64,000 bases of DNA from an uncultured Pseudomonas sp. (GCA_964543145.1 CAZIWV010000020.1:2802-66801), one strand, 5' to 3'. Numbered from the stretch's first letter, positions 19,917 through 28,662 are shown. Program-made: numbers and translations. Notes: generated by a model from the sequence alone, not told the origin.

Positions 19917-20546
19917 ATGACTGCTATCAACGTTTACAAGCAGCGCCCCGATGCTGCGCCTGCGCAATCGCCGCTGCACCACGCCGGCCTGGCAGATGCC
20001 GCCGGCAAAGGCAAAGCCAGCGCCGGTATTCAACTGCGCGAGCGCAAACTGCTTGGCCATCTGACCATTCGTGGCGATGGCCATGACGCCGCCTTTGCCG
20101 GCGCCATCCACAAAGCGACTGGCCTGGAATTGCCCGGCGCTTTGGCGGTAATCAGCTCGGGCGAAAGTTCGCTGCAATGGATGGGCCCGGATGAATGGCT
20201 GCTGGTGGTACCGAGCGGCACTGAATTCGACGCCGAGAAAAAGCTGCGTGAAGCCCTTGATGGCCAGCACTGCCAAGTGGTCAACGTCAGCGGCGGGCAA
20301 ACCATTCTTGAGCTGACCGGCAGCAAGGTCACCGAGCTGCTGAAAAAATCCACCAGCTACGACGTACACCCGAGCAACTTCCCGGTCGGCAAGGCCGTCG
20401 GCACCACCTTCGCCAAGTCGCAACTGGTGATTCGCCACACTGGCGAAGGCACTTGGGAGCTACTGGTACGCCGCAGCTTCTCTGACTACTTCTGGCTGTG
20501 GTTGCAGGATGCAGCGCAGGAATATGGCTTGGCGGTAAAAGCGTAA
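19917..20546 (+). CDS. soxG: Sarcosine oxidase gamma subunit
   Basis: Start at M8 (MTAINVYKQRPD..). 209 aa. Position after soxA. Confidence 0.85.
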   Translation: MTAINVYKQRPDAAPAQSPLHHAGLADAAGKGKASAGIQLRERKLLGHLTIRGDGHDAAFAGAIHKATGLELPGALAVISSGESSLQWMGPDEWLLVVPSGTEFDAEKKLREALDGQHCQVVNVSGGQTILELTGSKVTELLKKSTSYDVHPSNFPVGKAVGTTFAKSQLVIRHTGEGTWELLVRRSFSDYFWLWLQDAAQEYGLAVKA

Positions 20547-20570
20547 TAGCGAGGTAGGTTGGGTTGAGCC

Positions 20571-20631
20571 AAAGGCGAAGCCCGATATGGGCCAGCCCAA
20601 CATGGGCCAACCCGAAATGGGCCAACCTGAT
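20571..20631 (+). repeat. 15-bp tandem repeat (3 good copies plus 1 degenerate), consensus ATGGGCCAACCCGAA
   Basis: AAGGCGAAGCCCGAT / ATGGGCCAGCCCAAC / ATGGGCCAACCCGAA / ATGGGCCAACCTGAT. Bracketed by the inverted repeat GAGGTAG (20551-57) / CTACCTC (20632-38). Confidence 0.9.
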
Positions 20632-20657
20632 CTACCTCTGACCAGCAGGAGCACCCG

Positions 20658-21515
20658 ATGAGCCGCACCCCCGATACCTGGATTCTCACCGCATCCTGTC
20701 CGAGCATTCTCGGCACTGTGGATGCGGTGACGCGTTATCTGTTCGAGCAGGGTTGCTACGTAACCGAGCATCACAGCTTTGACGATCGGCTCTCGGGGCG
20801 GTTTTTTATTCGCGTCGAATTCCGTCAGCCGGAACCCTTCGCCGAGTTGGACTTCCGCGATGGCTTGGCCGCGCGAGTGGCCAGATTTGGCATGGACTTC
20901 GAACTGACACCGCCGAACTACCGCAGCAAGGTGGTGATCATGGTCTCCAAAGCCGACCACTGCCTGAACGACCTGCTCTACCGCCAACGTATCGGCCAAC
21001 TGCCGATGGACGTAGTCGCGGTGGTCTCCAACCACCCCGACCTTGAACCGCTGGCGCGCTGGCATGGCATTCCTTATCACCACTTTGCCCTAGACCCGGC
21101 CGACAAGCCGGCGCAAGAGCGCAAGGTGATGCAAGTAATCGCCGACACCGGTGCCGAGTTGGTGATTCTTGCCCGCTATATGCAAGTGCTGTCGCCCGAG
21201 CTGTGCCGCAAGTTGGATGGCTGGGCGATCAATATCCACCACTCCCTGCTCCCCGGTTTCAAAGGTGCCAAGCCGTACCATCAAGCCTACGAAAAAGGCG
21301 TGAAGCTGGTTGGTGCCACCGCCCACTACATCAACAACGACCTCGACGAAGGTCCGATCATTGCCCAGGGGGTTGAGCCGGTAGACCACAGCCACTATCC
21401 CGAAGATTTGATCGCCAAAGGCCGCGACATCGAATGCCTGACCCTGGCCAAGGCCGTGGGTTACCACATCGAACGCCGGGTATTCCTTAACGTCAGCCGC
21501 ACCGTGGTGTTGTAA
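20658..21515 (+). CDS. purU: Formyltetrahydrofolate deformylase
   Basis: 285 aa with AGGAG at 20647-20651. N-terminal ACT domain followed by a formyltransferase core (NIHHSLLPGFKGAKPY). Confidence 0.95.
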   Translation: MSRTPDTWILTASCPSILGTVDAVTRYLFEQGCYVTEHHSFDDRLSGRFFIRVEFRQPEPFAELDFRDGLAARVARFGMDFELTPPNYRSKVVIMVSKADHCLNDLLYRQRIGQLPMDVVAVVSNHPDLEPLARWHGIPYHHFALDPADKPAQERKVMQVIADTGAELVILARYMQVLSPELCRKLDGWAINIHHSLLPGFKGAKPYHQAYEKGVKLVGATAHYINNDLDEGPIIAQGVEPVDHSHYPEDLIAKGRDIECLTLAKAVGYHIERRVFLNVSRTVVL

Positions 21516-21537
21516 CGACCACGGCCGCTTTTGATCT

Positions 21538-21606
21538 CGTAGGGTGTGCTGCGCGCACCAAGCGATTTACCCGATATCGCCATGGTGCGCACAGCACACC
21601 CTACGA
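21538..21606. repeat. REP-B family hairpin doublet
   Basis: CGTAGGGTGTGCTGCGCGCACCAAGCGATTTAC..GGTGCGCACAGCACACCCTACG. Confidence 0.9.
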
Positions 21607-21740
21607 AACGAGCTCCACCCGAGGAGGGCATTCCGCGCTGCCTATAGCGGCCTTTTCGGTTCGACGAGACACCTCCAGTGCAGGGCCGCGTAGCCATCTG
21701 GCTGCGCCTTGTAACCACAACAACAAACGGAGAATCACCT

Positions 21741-22940
21741 ATGTCTGGTAATCGTGGCGTCGTTTATCTCGGCGCTGGCAAGGTCGAAGTGCAGAAAATC
21801 GACTATCCGAAAATGCAGGACCCGCGCGGTCGCAAGATTGAGCACGGGGTCATTCTGAAAGTGGTGTCCACCAATATTTGCGGCTCCGACCAGCACATGG
21901 TCCGTGGCCGTACCACCGCGCAGGTCGGGCTGGTGCTCGGCCATGAAATCACCGGTGAAGTGATCGAAAAGGGTAGCGATGTTGAGCACCTGAAAATCGG
22001 TGACTTGGTGTCGGTGCCGTTTAACGTTGCCTGCGGGCGTTGCCGCTCGTGCAAAGAACAACACACTGGCGTGTGCTTGACCGTTAACCCAGCGCGCCCC
22101 GGTGGTGCCTACGGTTATGTGGACATGGGCGATTGGGTTGGTGGCCAGGCTGAGTACGTGCTGGTGCCGTATGCCGACTTTAACCTGTTAAAACTGCCGG
22201 ACCGCGACAAGGCGATGGAGAAGATTCGTGACCTGACTTGCCTGTCCGACATTCTGCCCACCGGTTACCACGGTGCAGTGACGGCGGGCGTTGGCCCGGG
22301 TAGCACGGTGTATGTCGCCGGTGCCGGTCCTGTTGGTTTGGCGGCGGCTGCTTCGGCGCGTTTGCTCGGTGCGGCGGTGGTAATTATTGGGGATGTAAAC
22401 CCGATCCGTCTGGCCCATGCCAAGGCGCAGGGTTTTGAGATTGCTGACCTGTCCACCGACACGCCGTTGCACGAACAAATCGCCGCACTGCTGGGCGAGC
22501 CAGAAGTGGACTGCGCCGTCGACGCCGTGGGCTTTGAAGCCCGTGGTCATGGCCATGCTGGGGCGCAACATGAAGCGCCCGCCACCGTGCTCAACTCGTT
22601 GATGGGTGTGGTGCGCGTGGCTGGCAAAATCGGTATTCCGGGGCTGTATGTGACGGAAGATCCGGGTGCCGTGGATGCGGCGGCCAAGCAGGGTAGCTTG
22701 AGTATTCGCTTTGGTTTGGGCTGGGCTAAATCCCACAGCTTCCACACTGGGCAGACGCCGACCATGAAGTACAACCGCCAGTTGATGCAGGCGATTATGT
22801 GGGGGCGCTTGAATATTGCTGAGATCGTGGGTGTGCAGGTGATCAGCCTGGATGATGCGCCGCGCGGTTATGGTGAGTTTGATGCGGGGGTGCCGAAGAA
22901 GTTTGTGATTGATCCGCATAAGACGTTTAGTGCGGCGTGA
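21741..22940 (+). CDS. fdhA: Glutathione-independent formaldehyde dehydrogenase (Zn-dependent MDR family)
   Basis: Start at M22 (MSGNRGVVYLGAGKVEV). Zn-ADH motifs GHEITGEV and CGRCRSCKE, NAD fold VAGAGPVGLAA. 399 aa. Confidence 0.9.
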   Translation: MSGNRGVVYLGAGKVEVQKIDYPKMQDPRGRKIEHGVILKVVSTNICGSDQHMVRGRTTAQVGLVLGHEITGEVIEKGSDVEHLKIGDLVSVPFNVACGRCRSCKEQHTGVCLTVNPARPGGAYGYVDMGDWVGGQAEYVLVPYADFNLLKLPDRDKAMEKIRDLTCLSDILPTGYHGAVTAGVGPGSTVYVAGAGPVGLAAAASARLLGAAVVIIGDVNPIRLAHAKAQGFEIADLSTDTPLHEQIAALLGEPEVDCAVDAVGFEARGHGHAGAQHEAPATVLNSLMGVVRVAGKIGIPGLYVTEDPGAVDAAAKQGSLSIRFGLGWAKSHSFHTGQTPTMKYNRQLMQAIMWGRLNIAEIVGVQVISLDDAPRGYGEFDAGVPKKFVIDPHKTFSAA

Positions 22941-22946
22941 GTGAAG

Positions 22947-22972
22947 AGGCAGCCTTCGGGCTGCCTTTTTTA
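22947..22972 (+). terminator. Rho-independent terminator after fdhA
   Basis: GGCAGCC-TTCG-GGCTGCC followed by TTTTTT. Confidence 0.9.
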
Positions 22973-23017
22973 TTGGCGATGTTTCGGCATAAGGCGAGCA
23001 TTGATTCCCAAAGATCG

Positions 23018-23048
23018 GCCCCCTCTGCCCGCTTGCGGGAGAGGGTTT
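23018..23048. repeat. REP-A family unit
   Basis: GGCCCCCTCTGCCCGCTTGCGGGAGAGGGTT. Confidence 0.8.
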
Positions 23049-23116
23049 GGCTTCGGCGGTTCTCCAACGTGACCGCGTGAGCTGAGCGTTTGGTTTCTCG
23101 CCATACGCACGACTGG

Positions 23117-23490
23117 CCGTAGGGTGTGCTGTGCGCACCGGCTTTTGATGTTTGCTTTGAGGTTGGTTGTGTTCTTCATAACCGCATGAGCTGAACGTTT
23201 GGTTTCGCGCCTTACGCGCGAGTTTCTTTTTCCAGTCGATGAAAAAGAAACCAAAAAATCTTGCCCCTACCTTGGGTCTACGCTGCGCTCCGACTCCCCT
23301 CGCTACGTCGTTGCTCCAGGGGCACGGCACAACGGGCCTTCCATGGCCCGATGTGCCTCTCGCGGCGTCCCTGCCGCTCAACCCCTTACACAACGACTCC
23401 ACTCGGCCTGCGATAAACGGGGCGGGTAGATCAACAGCCAGATCAACAGCCAGATCAACAGCCAGATCAAAGGCCAGATCAACAGCTCTT
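23117..23490 (+). repeat. Dispersed ~350-bp intergenic element, copy B (downstream of fdhA), same orientation as copy A
   Basis: Collinear by eye with 13190-13560. Begins with a REP-B half-site (CCGTAGGGTGTGCTGTGCGCACC) and ends in an expanded 12-bp tandem repeat. An extra copy of its 43-bp internal module lies at 23071-23113. Confidence 0.8.
23428..23486 (+). repeat. 12-bp tandem repeat AGATCAACAGCC x ~4.9 (each unit carries GATC)
   Basis: AGATCAACAGCC x3, AGATCAAAGGCC, AGATCAACAGC. Copy A of the element has only ~1.5 units at 13524-13545. Confidence 0.9.
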
Positions 23491-23620
23491 CACTTGGCAG
23501 GGGGAGGGCGAGGGTTTATTCGGTTTGCTTTTGCGGGGCAGGGCATAATCTTGCTCCCTGGGGAACATCACTCTTTATCCCCAGTCCAATCGCTTTCTGT
23601 CTTTTGTTGAGGTCCACCCC

Positions 23621-24193
23621 ATGTCTGCTCCCCGTTGCCTGGTTTTGTTGGCTGCTTTGTCTGTGCTCAGTTGCCAGGCATTGGCGTTCAATTTGAATGA
23701 TGCGGCCAGTCTCTATTCGGCGAGCCAGGGCGGTAAGGGGGGCGATGCGTCGGCGGCGTTGTTGAGTAATCCGCAGAATTTGCAGTTGTTGGCGGCACTT
23801 AAGCAGTTGAAGGTCACGCCGCAGCAGGCGGTGGGTGGCACTGGGGCGATGTTGGGGTTGGCGAAGAATCAACTGCCGGGTAGTGAGTACAGCCAACTGA
23901 CCGAGCAGGTGCCGGGGTTGCAGAAGTTCGAGGGCGCTAATGGCTTGGCGCAGTTGGGTACGCTTAGCGGTTTGTTGGGTAAGTCGGCGGGTAAGCCGGT
24001 AAGCCCGGAGGCGACCGCGGCGGTGAGCAATGTGAATAACCCGCAGGATCTAACCGCAGCGTTCAGCGCCTTGGGCATGGACAGCGGCATGATCGGCCAA
24101 TTCGCGCCGTTGCTGTTGCAGTACCTGGGGCAGCAGGGCGTGGGAAATTCGCTGTTGGGCAGTCTTGGCAGTCTCTGGACTGCCGGCAGCTAA
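23621..24193 (+). CDS. Secreted DUF2780-like protein of unknown function
   Basis: Signal peptide MSAPRCLVLLAALSVLSCQALA. Two Gly/Leu-rich helical repeats (..QQAVGGTGAMLGLAKNQL..; ..MIGQFAPLLLQYLGQQG..), as I remember for DUF2780 (VcgC/VcgE-like). Confidence 0.55.
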   Translation: MSAPRCLVLLAALSVLSCQALAFNLNDAASLYSASQGGKGGDASAALLSNPQNLQLLAALKQLKVTPQQAVGGTGAMLGLAKNQLPGSEYSQLTEQVPGLQKFEGANGLAQLGTLSGLLGKSAGKPVSPEATAAVSNVNNPQDLTAAFSALGMDSGMIGQFAPLLLQYLGQQGVGNSLLGSLGSLWTAGS

Positions 24194-25080
24194 GCCTGAC
24201 TTTCGGCTTTCAAGGTGCTGAGCAGGGCGTCTTTTTCTGCCCAGCGCTGGGATATCCAGTTCTGCATGTAGTGGCGAAATTGTGCGTCGTTTTGGTAGTC
24301 GCCTTGCCACAGCGCCGGGTCCATGGGCAGGGTTTGGATATCCACCACCACGTTGTCTACGCGCCCGCAGAGTAAGTCCCAGAAGCCGGGAATACGTGCG
24401 CCTGGGTAGTACACGGTGATGTCGAGAATGGCGTCCAGTTGTTCGCCAAGACTTGCCAGCACAAAGGCCACGCCGCCGGCTTTGGGTTTGAGCAGGTGTT
24501 TATAGGGCGACTGCTGCTCGGCCTGCTTGGCTGGGGTGCAGCGGGTACCTTCCAGGTAATTCACCACGCTCACCGGTATATGGCGGAATTTCTCGCAGGC
24601 CTTTTGCGTGATCAGCAGATCCTGCCCGGCCCTTTCCGGGTGTTTGGCCAGGTAGGCTTTGGAGTAGCGTTTCATAAACGGGTAATCCAGCGCCCACCAC
24701 GCCAGGCCCAATAGCGGCACCCAGAGCAGTTCCTTTTTCAGAAAGAATTTGAAGAACGGCGCCTTGCGGTTAAAGGCCTGCATCAGCGCGGGAATATCCA
24801 CCCAGGATTGGTGGTTGCTGATCATCAGGTACGAGCGGTCCATGCGCAGCTCGTTGTCGCCACGAATTTCCCACACGGTGGGCAGGCACAGGGCGAAGAT
24901 AAATTTGTCGATGTCCGTCCAGGTTTCGGCAATCCACACCACGGCGGCGGAGCAGGCGGCTCTAGGTTTACCGGGCAAAATCAGTTTGAGCAGGGCAAAG
25001 ACCATCAGCGGGCCGATCAACAGCAATGTGTTGAGTAAAAGCAGCAAGGCGACGGTCATACCGGTGAGCAAACGGCGCAT
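24190..25080 (-). CDS. Acyltransferase, PlsC/YihG-like (1-acyl-sn-glycerol-3-phosphate acyltransferase family)
   Basis: Start at M11 (MRRLLTGMTVALLLLL, TM anchor). Acyltransferase motif I NHQSWVDI and motif III-like YLEGTR. Its stop overlaps the convergent DUF2780 stop (CTAA at 24190-24193). Confidence 0.8.
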   Translation of the reverse strand: MRRLLTGMTVALLLLLNTLLLIGPLMVFALLKLILPGKPRAACSAAVVWIAETWTDIDKFIFALCLPTVWEIRGDNELRMDRSYLMISNHQSWVDIPALMQAFNRKAPFFKFFLKKELLWVPLLGLAWWALDYPFMKRYSKAYLAKHPERAGQDLLITQKACEKFRHIPVSVVNYLEGTRCTPAKQAEQQSPYKHLLKPKAGGVAFVLASLGEQLDAILDITVYYPGARIPGFWDLLCGRVDNVVVDIQTLPMDPALWQGDYQNDAQFRHYMQNWISQRWAEKDALLSTLKAESQA

Positions 25081-25257
25081 GGGCGCTCCTGGAAAATCTG
25101 GGCCGGGCAATAATAATCAGCCCTGGCGCGCCTTCCAAGTCGCTGGCTGGAAGTTTGGCAGCGGCTTTCTCTGCCAATTGGCACTACATTTTCTTCACCC
25201 TTTCCGGTGTATGAAGACACTCTTCGTACACCCTTCAAGCCTGGAGTGACCTGACGC

Positions 25258-25758
25258 GTGAAACGTACCCTTGCCTTGCTGGCGCTAGTGGCGCTGCCCG
25301 TTTTTGCCGCCGAACCCACCGTGTACGGCCGCTACGAATACATCAAGCTGCCGGAGCTGGATCAAACTTTTAAAGCCAAAATGGACACCGGCGCGCTGAC
25401 CGCGTCGCTGTCGGCCAAGGACATCGAAACCTTCAAAAAAGACGGCGACGACTGGGTGCGTTTTCGTCTGGCCACCAAAGACGCCGGCGACAAGGTCTAT
25501 GAACACAAGGTGGCGCGCGTGAGCAAAATCAAAAGCCGCTCCGACGAGGAAGATGGCGAAGAAGGCGCCGCCATCGCCAAACGCCCGGTGATTGCCGTGC
25601 GTATGTGCCTGGACGGTACCGACCGTATCATCGAGGTCAACCTCACCGACCGCAGCAGCTTTAACTATCCGCTGTTGATTGGCGCTAAAGCCCTGCGTGA
25701 GTTCGATGCCGCCGTGAACCCTGCCCGGCGCTTTACGGCTGGGCAGCCTAAGTGCTAG
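25258..25758 (+). CDS. Retropepsin-like / 'ATP-dependent zinc protease' (DUF785) family protein with signal peptide
   Basis: GTG start. Signal peptide MKRTLALLALVALPVFAAEP. Motifs YIKLPELD..KAKMDTGALTASL and NLTDRSSFNYPLLIGAKAL are typical of DUF785. Confidence 0.65.
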   Translation: MKRTLALLALVALPVFAAEPTVYGRYEYIKLPELDQTFKAKMDTGALTASLSAKDIETFKKDGDDWVRFRLATKDAGDKVYEHKVARVSKIKSRSDEEDGEEGAAIAKRPVIAVRMCLDGTDRIIEVNLTDRSSFNYPLLIGAKALREFDAAVNPARRFTAGQPKC

Positions 25759-25772
25759 CCCAACGCTGATCC

Positions 25773-25842
25773 ACGTAGGGTGTGCTGCGCGCACCAAGCG
25801 ATTTACGCGTGTACGCATTGGTGCGCGCAGCACACCCTACGT
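25773..25842. repeat. REP-B family hairpin doublet
   Basis: ACGTAGGGTGTGCTGCGCGCACCAAGCGATTTAC..GGTGCGCGCAGCACACCCTACGT. Confidence 0.9.
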
Positions 25843-25928
25843 GGAGCGCCGTAAGGCATCGCCAAGGTGCCAGGCATGGCGTGGGGTGGTAGATTCGCCG
25901 CCATGCCCTTTCATGCTGCAGGACGCAC

Positions 25929-26606
25929 ATGCCAAACATTCTGCTGGTTGAGGATGAAGCCTCAATCGCCGACACCCTGATCTACGCCCTGCAAAGTGAG
26001 GGTTACACCACGCATTGGTTAACCCTCGCCGGTGAAGCGCTGGCGTATCAACAAAACAGCCCCGCCGACCTGCTGATTTTTGATGTTGGCCTGCCGGATA
26101 TGACCGGCTTCGAGGCGGTTAAACAGCTGCGTAAGTTTTCCGAAGTGCCGGTGATTTTTCTCACCGCGCGCAACGCCGAGATTGATCGCGTGGTGGGTTT
26201 GGAAATCGGTGCCGACGATTATGTGACCAAGCCCTTTAGCCCGCGTGAAGTGGCGGCGCGGGTCAAGGCCATTCTCAAGCGTGTACAGCCGCGCGCGGCA
26301 GCGCCCGCCGTGCAAACTGCGGTGTTTGCCATCGACGCCGAGCGTTTTCAGATTCACTACCATGGCCACCTGCTGAGCCTCACCCGCCACGAATTCCGCC
26401 TGCTGCAAACCTTGGTCAGCCAACCGCTGCGGGTGTTTAGCCGTGAGCAATTGCTGGACGCCGCGGGTGTGCCCGCCGAAGCCGGCTATGAGCGCAATAT
26501 CGACAGCCATATCAAAACCCTGCGCGCCAAGTTGCGGGCGGTGGTGGCAGATGCCGAACCGATCCAGACCCACCGTGGCCTGGGTTACAGCATCAAGGTG
26601 GACTGA
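25929..26606 (+). CDS. creB: Two-component response regulator CreB (OmpR family)
   Basis: Receiver domain (ILLVEDE.., DLLIFDVGLPDMTG, K in TKPF) plus a winged-helix output. Followed by creC and creD. Confidence 0.85.
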   Translation: MPNILLVEDEASIADTLIYALQSEGYTTHWLTLAGEALAYQQNSPADLLIFDVGLPDMTGFEAVKQLRKFSEVPVIFLTARNAEIDRVVGLEIGADDYVTKPFSPREVAARVKAILKRVQPRAAAPAVQTAVFAIDAERFQIHYHGHLLSLTRHEFRLLQTLVSQPLRVFSREQLLDAAGVPAEAGYERNIDSHIKTLRAKLRAVVADAEPIQTHRGLGYSIKVD

Positions 26607-28033
26607 TGCCGCTCGGGATCCGCATATTCCTCGTTTACTTCGTGTTCGTCGGCCTGTCCGGCTGGTTTGTGCTGAGTACGGTGATGGACGAAATCCGTCC
26701 CGGCGTGCGCCAGACCACAGAAGAAACCCTGGTTGATACCGCTAATCTGCTGGCCGAGCTGCTGCGTGACGATTTACGCAGCGGCCGCCTCGATCAACAA
26801 CACTGGCAGGAACAGTTTCAGGCCTACGGCCAACGCCAACCCCACGCGCAGATTTGGGGGCTGACCAAAAGCGAAGTCAGCCACCGCATCTATGTCACCG
26901 ACGCGCAGGGCAAGGTGATGGTGGACTCCAGCGGCGCGGCGGTGGGCCAGGATTATTCACGCTGGAACGATGTATTCCTGACCTTGCGCGGTGAGTACGG
27001 CGCGCGTTCGACCCGCGAAGTGGAGGGCGACCCGGAAACCTCGGTTATGTACGTGGCCGCGCCGATCAAAGACCAGGGCAAAATTATTGGCGTGGTGTCG
27101 GTCAGCAAGCCGAGCCGTACCCTGCAGCCTTATATCGAGCGTTCGCAAAGACGCCTGGCCTGGTTTGGCGCCGGGTTGATTCTCTTGGGGCTGTTGGTTG
27201 GCGGCCTGTTGTCGTGGTGGCTGAGTGCGTCACTGCGGCGCCTGACCGACTATGCCCAAGCCGTCTCCGCTGGCGAACGCAGCCCCTTGCCAGCGTTGCA
27301 AGGCGGCGAGCTCAAGCAACTCGCCGAAGCCTTGGAACATATGCGCAGCGAGCTGGAGGGCAAGGCCTACGTTGAGCGCTATGTGCACACCCTGACCCAC
27401 GAACTGAAAAGCCCGCTGGCGGCGATTCGCGGCGCGGCGGAATTGCTGGAAGGCGATATGCCGGCTGAACAGCGCCAGCGCTTTGTGGGCAATATCCAAA
27501 CCGAAAGCGCGCGCTTACAACAACTGATCGAACGCCTGCTCAACCTGGCGTTGGTCGAACAACGCCAAGGCCTGGATGAGCGGGTGCCGTTGCCGCTGCA
27601 CGCCTTGGTCGAGGAGCAACTACAGGCGCAGGCGGCGCGCATCCTCAGCGCGAATTTGCAGGTGAAAAATTTGCTGGCGCCGGAGTTGCAGGTGCGCGGC
27701 GAGCGTTTTCTGCTGCAACAGGCGCTGGCCAATCTGCTCGACAACGCCTTGGATTTCACCCCGCCCGGCGGCCAGCTGCGCTTTAGCGCGGAGCCCCATG
27801 AGGACTTGCTGACTTTAAGCGTATTCAACCAATGCGCAGCGATTCCTGACTATGCTTTGCAACGACTAACCGAGCGCTTTTACTCCCTGCCGCGCCCTGT
27901 CAGTGGGCGTAAAAGCACTGGGCTAGGCCTTAACTTTGTGCAGGAAGTGGCCAGCCTGCATGGCGGTGCTATAACCATTGGCAACGTCGACGGCGGGGTT
28001 GAGGTGCGTTTGAGCCTGCCGCGGGTGCACTAG
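26606..28033 (+). CDS. creC: Sensor histidine kinase CreC
   Basis: ATG overlaps the creB TGA by 1 nt. Two TM segments flank a periplasmic domain. H-box HELKSPLAAIRG, N-box LLDNALDF, G-box GLGLNF. Confidence 0.85.
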   Translation: MPLGIRIFLVYFVFVGLSGWFVLSTVMDEIRPGVRQTTEETLVDTANLLAELLRDDLRSGRLDQQHWQEQFQAYGQRQPHAQIWGLTKSEVSHRIYVTDAQGKVMVDSSGAAVGQDYSRWNDVFLTLRGEYGARSTREVEGDPETSVMYVAAPIKDQGKIIGVVSVSKPSRTLQPYIERSQRRLAWFGAGLILLGLLVGGLLSWWLSASLRRLTDYAQAVSAGERSPLPALQGGELKQLAEALEHMRSELEGKAYVERYVHTLTHELKSPLAAIRGAAELLEGDMPAEQRQRFVGNIQTESARLQQLIERLLNLALVEQRQGLDERVPLPLHALVEEQLQAQAARILSANLQVKNLLAPELQVRGERFLLQQALANLLDNALDFTPPGGQLRFSAEPHEDLLTLSVFNQCAAIPDYALQRLTERFYSLPRPVSGRKSTGLGLNFVQEVASLHGGAITIGNVDGGVEVRLSLPRVH

Positions 28034-28182
28034 CAGAGGCCGTTTTCAGCGCTGTAACCGCTCTGCAAAGCCTGTTCAATAGTGTCAGCCCAAGCACGCC
28101 TGCCCCACGGCCGGTGTAGTTGGCACTAAACGTGATAGCCACCGTGGGCAGCAACAACAAAAAAAGCCACAGGAGTCAGGGT

Positions 28183-28614
28183 ATGAAAACGGTTGCGGAA
28201 ATCCTCAAAGCAAAAACCCGGAACAGCATTTTCAGCGTCAGCCCCGAGACCTCGGTGCTCGAGGCGGTAAAGCTGATGGGCGAGCTGGGCATCGGCGCCT
28301 TGCTGGTGACCGACGGCGGCGAGTTGGTGGGCATCGTCAGTGAGCGCGATTACGTGCGCAAAATCGCCATGCTTGAGCGCGACTCGTCGGCCACGGTTAG
28401 CGAAATCATGACTGCCAAGGTCATCACCGTCAGCCCCAAAGAAGGCAACCGCCACTGCATGCAACTGATGACCGACGGCCATCTGCGGCACTTGCCGGTG
28501 ATGGAAGAGGGCAAATTGATTGGCCTGCTGTCCATTGGTGACTTGGTCAAAGACATCATCTCCGAGCAAGAGAGTTTGATTAATCATTTGGAACAGTACA
28601 TTCGCGGGGAATAG
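28183..28614 (+). CDS. CBS domain pair protein (143 aa)
   Basis: Start at M22 (MKTVAEILKAK; AGGAG upstream). Two CBS motifs (..GALLVTDGGELVGIVSERD.. and ..HLPVMEEGKLIGLLSIGD..). Confidence 0.85.
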   Translation: MKTVAEILKAKTRNSIFSVSPETSVLEAVKLMGELGIGALLVTDGGELVGIVSERDYVRKIAMLERDSSATVSEIMTAKVITVSPKEGNRHCMQLMTDGHLRHLPVMEEGKLIGLLSIGDLVKDIISEQESLINHLEQYIRGE

Positions 28615-28662
28615 CGTAATGGTCGGCCGTCACTTCCAGCCTTCGACGCGGTGGCCGGCGTA

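Noticed and set aside
17526-20438. 970-aa ORF antisense to soxA. Similar long antisense ORFs occur at 153..1133, 13578..15014, 15024..16499, 29098..30192, 35172..36419, 41618..42649, 47643..49214, 49682..50860 and 54301..55005.
   Set aside because: Each lies fully opposite a gene with strong family motifs. Their translations are Arg/Ala/Gly/His-rich low-complexity strings typical of shadow frames in GC-rich DNA, with no recognisable domains or SD sequences.
22188-23402. 404-aa minus-strand ORF spanning the fdhA 3' end and the downstream spacer. Related small ORFs at 13016..13354, 22970..23254 and 23239..23610.
   Set aside because: They run through the fdhA antisense strand, REP units and the dispersed repeat. 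The two copies of the repeat do not conserve any reading frame, so these are repeat-generated junk ORFs.
25179-25193. Sigma-54-like promoter TGGCAC-TACAT-TTTC upstream of the DUF785 gene.
   Set aside because: The -12 element reads TTTC instead of TTGC, so the critical GC is missing its G. No enhancer-binding-protein gene or UAS is nearby, and a single-hit match is expected by chance.
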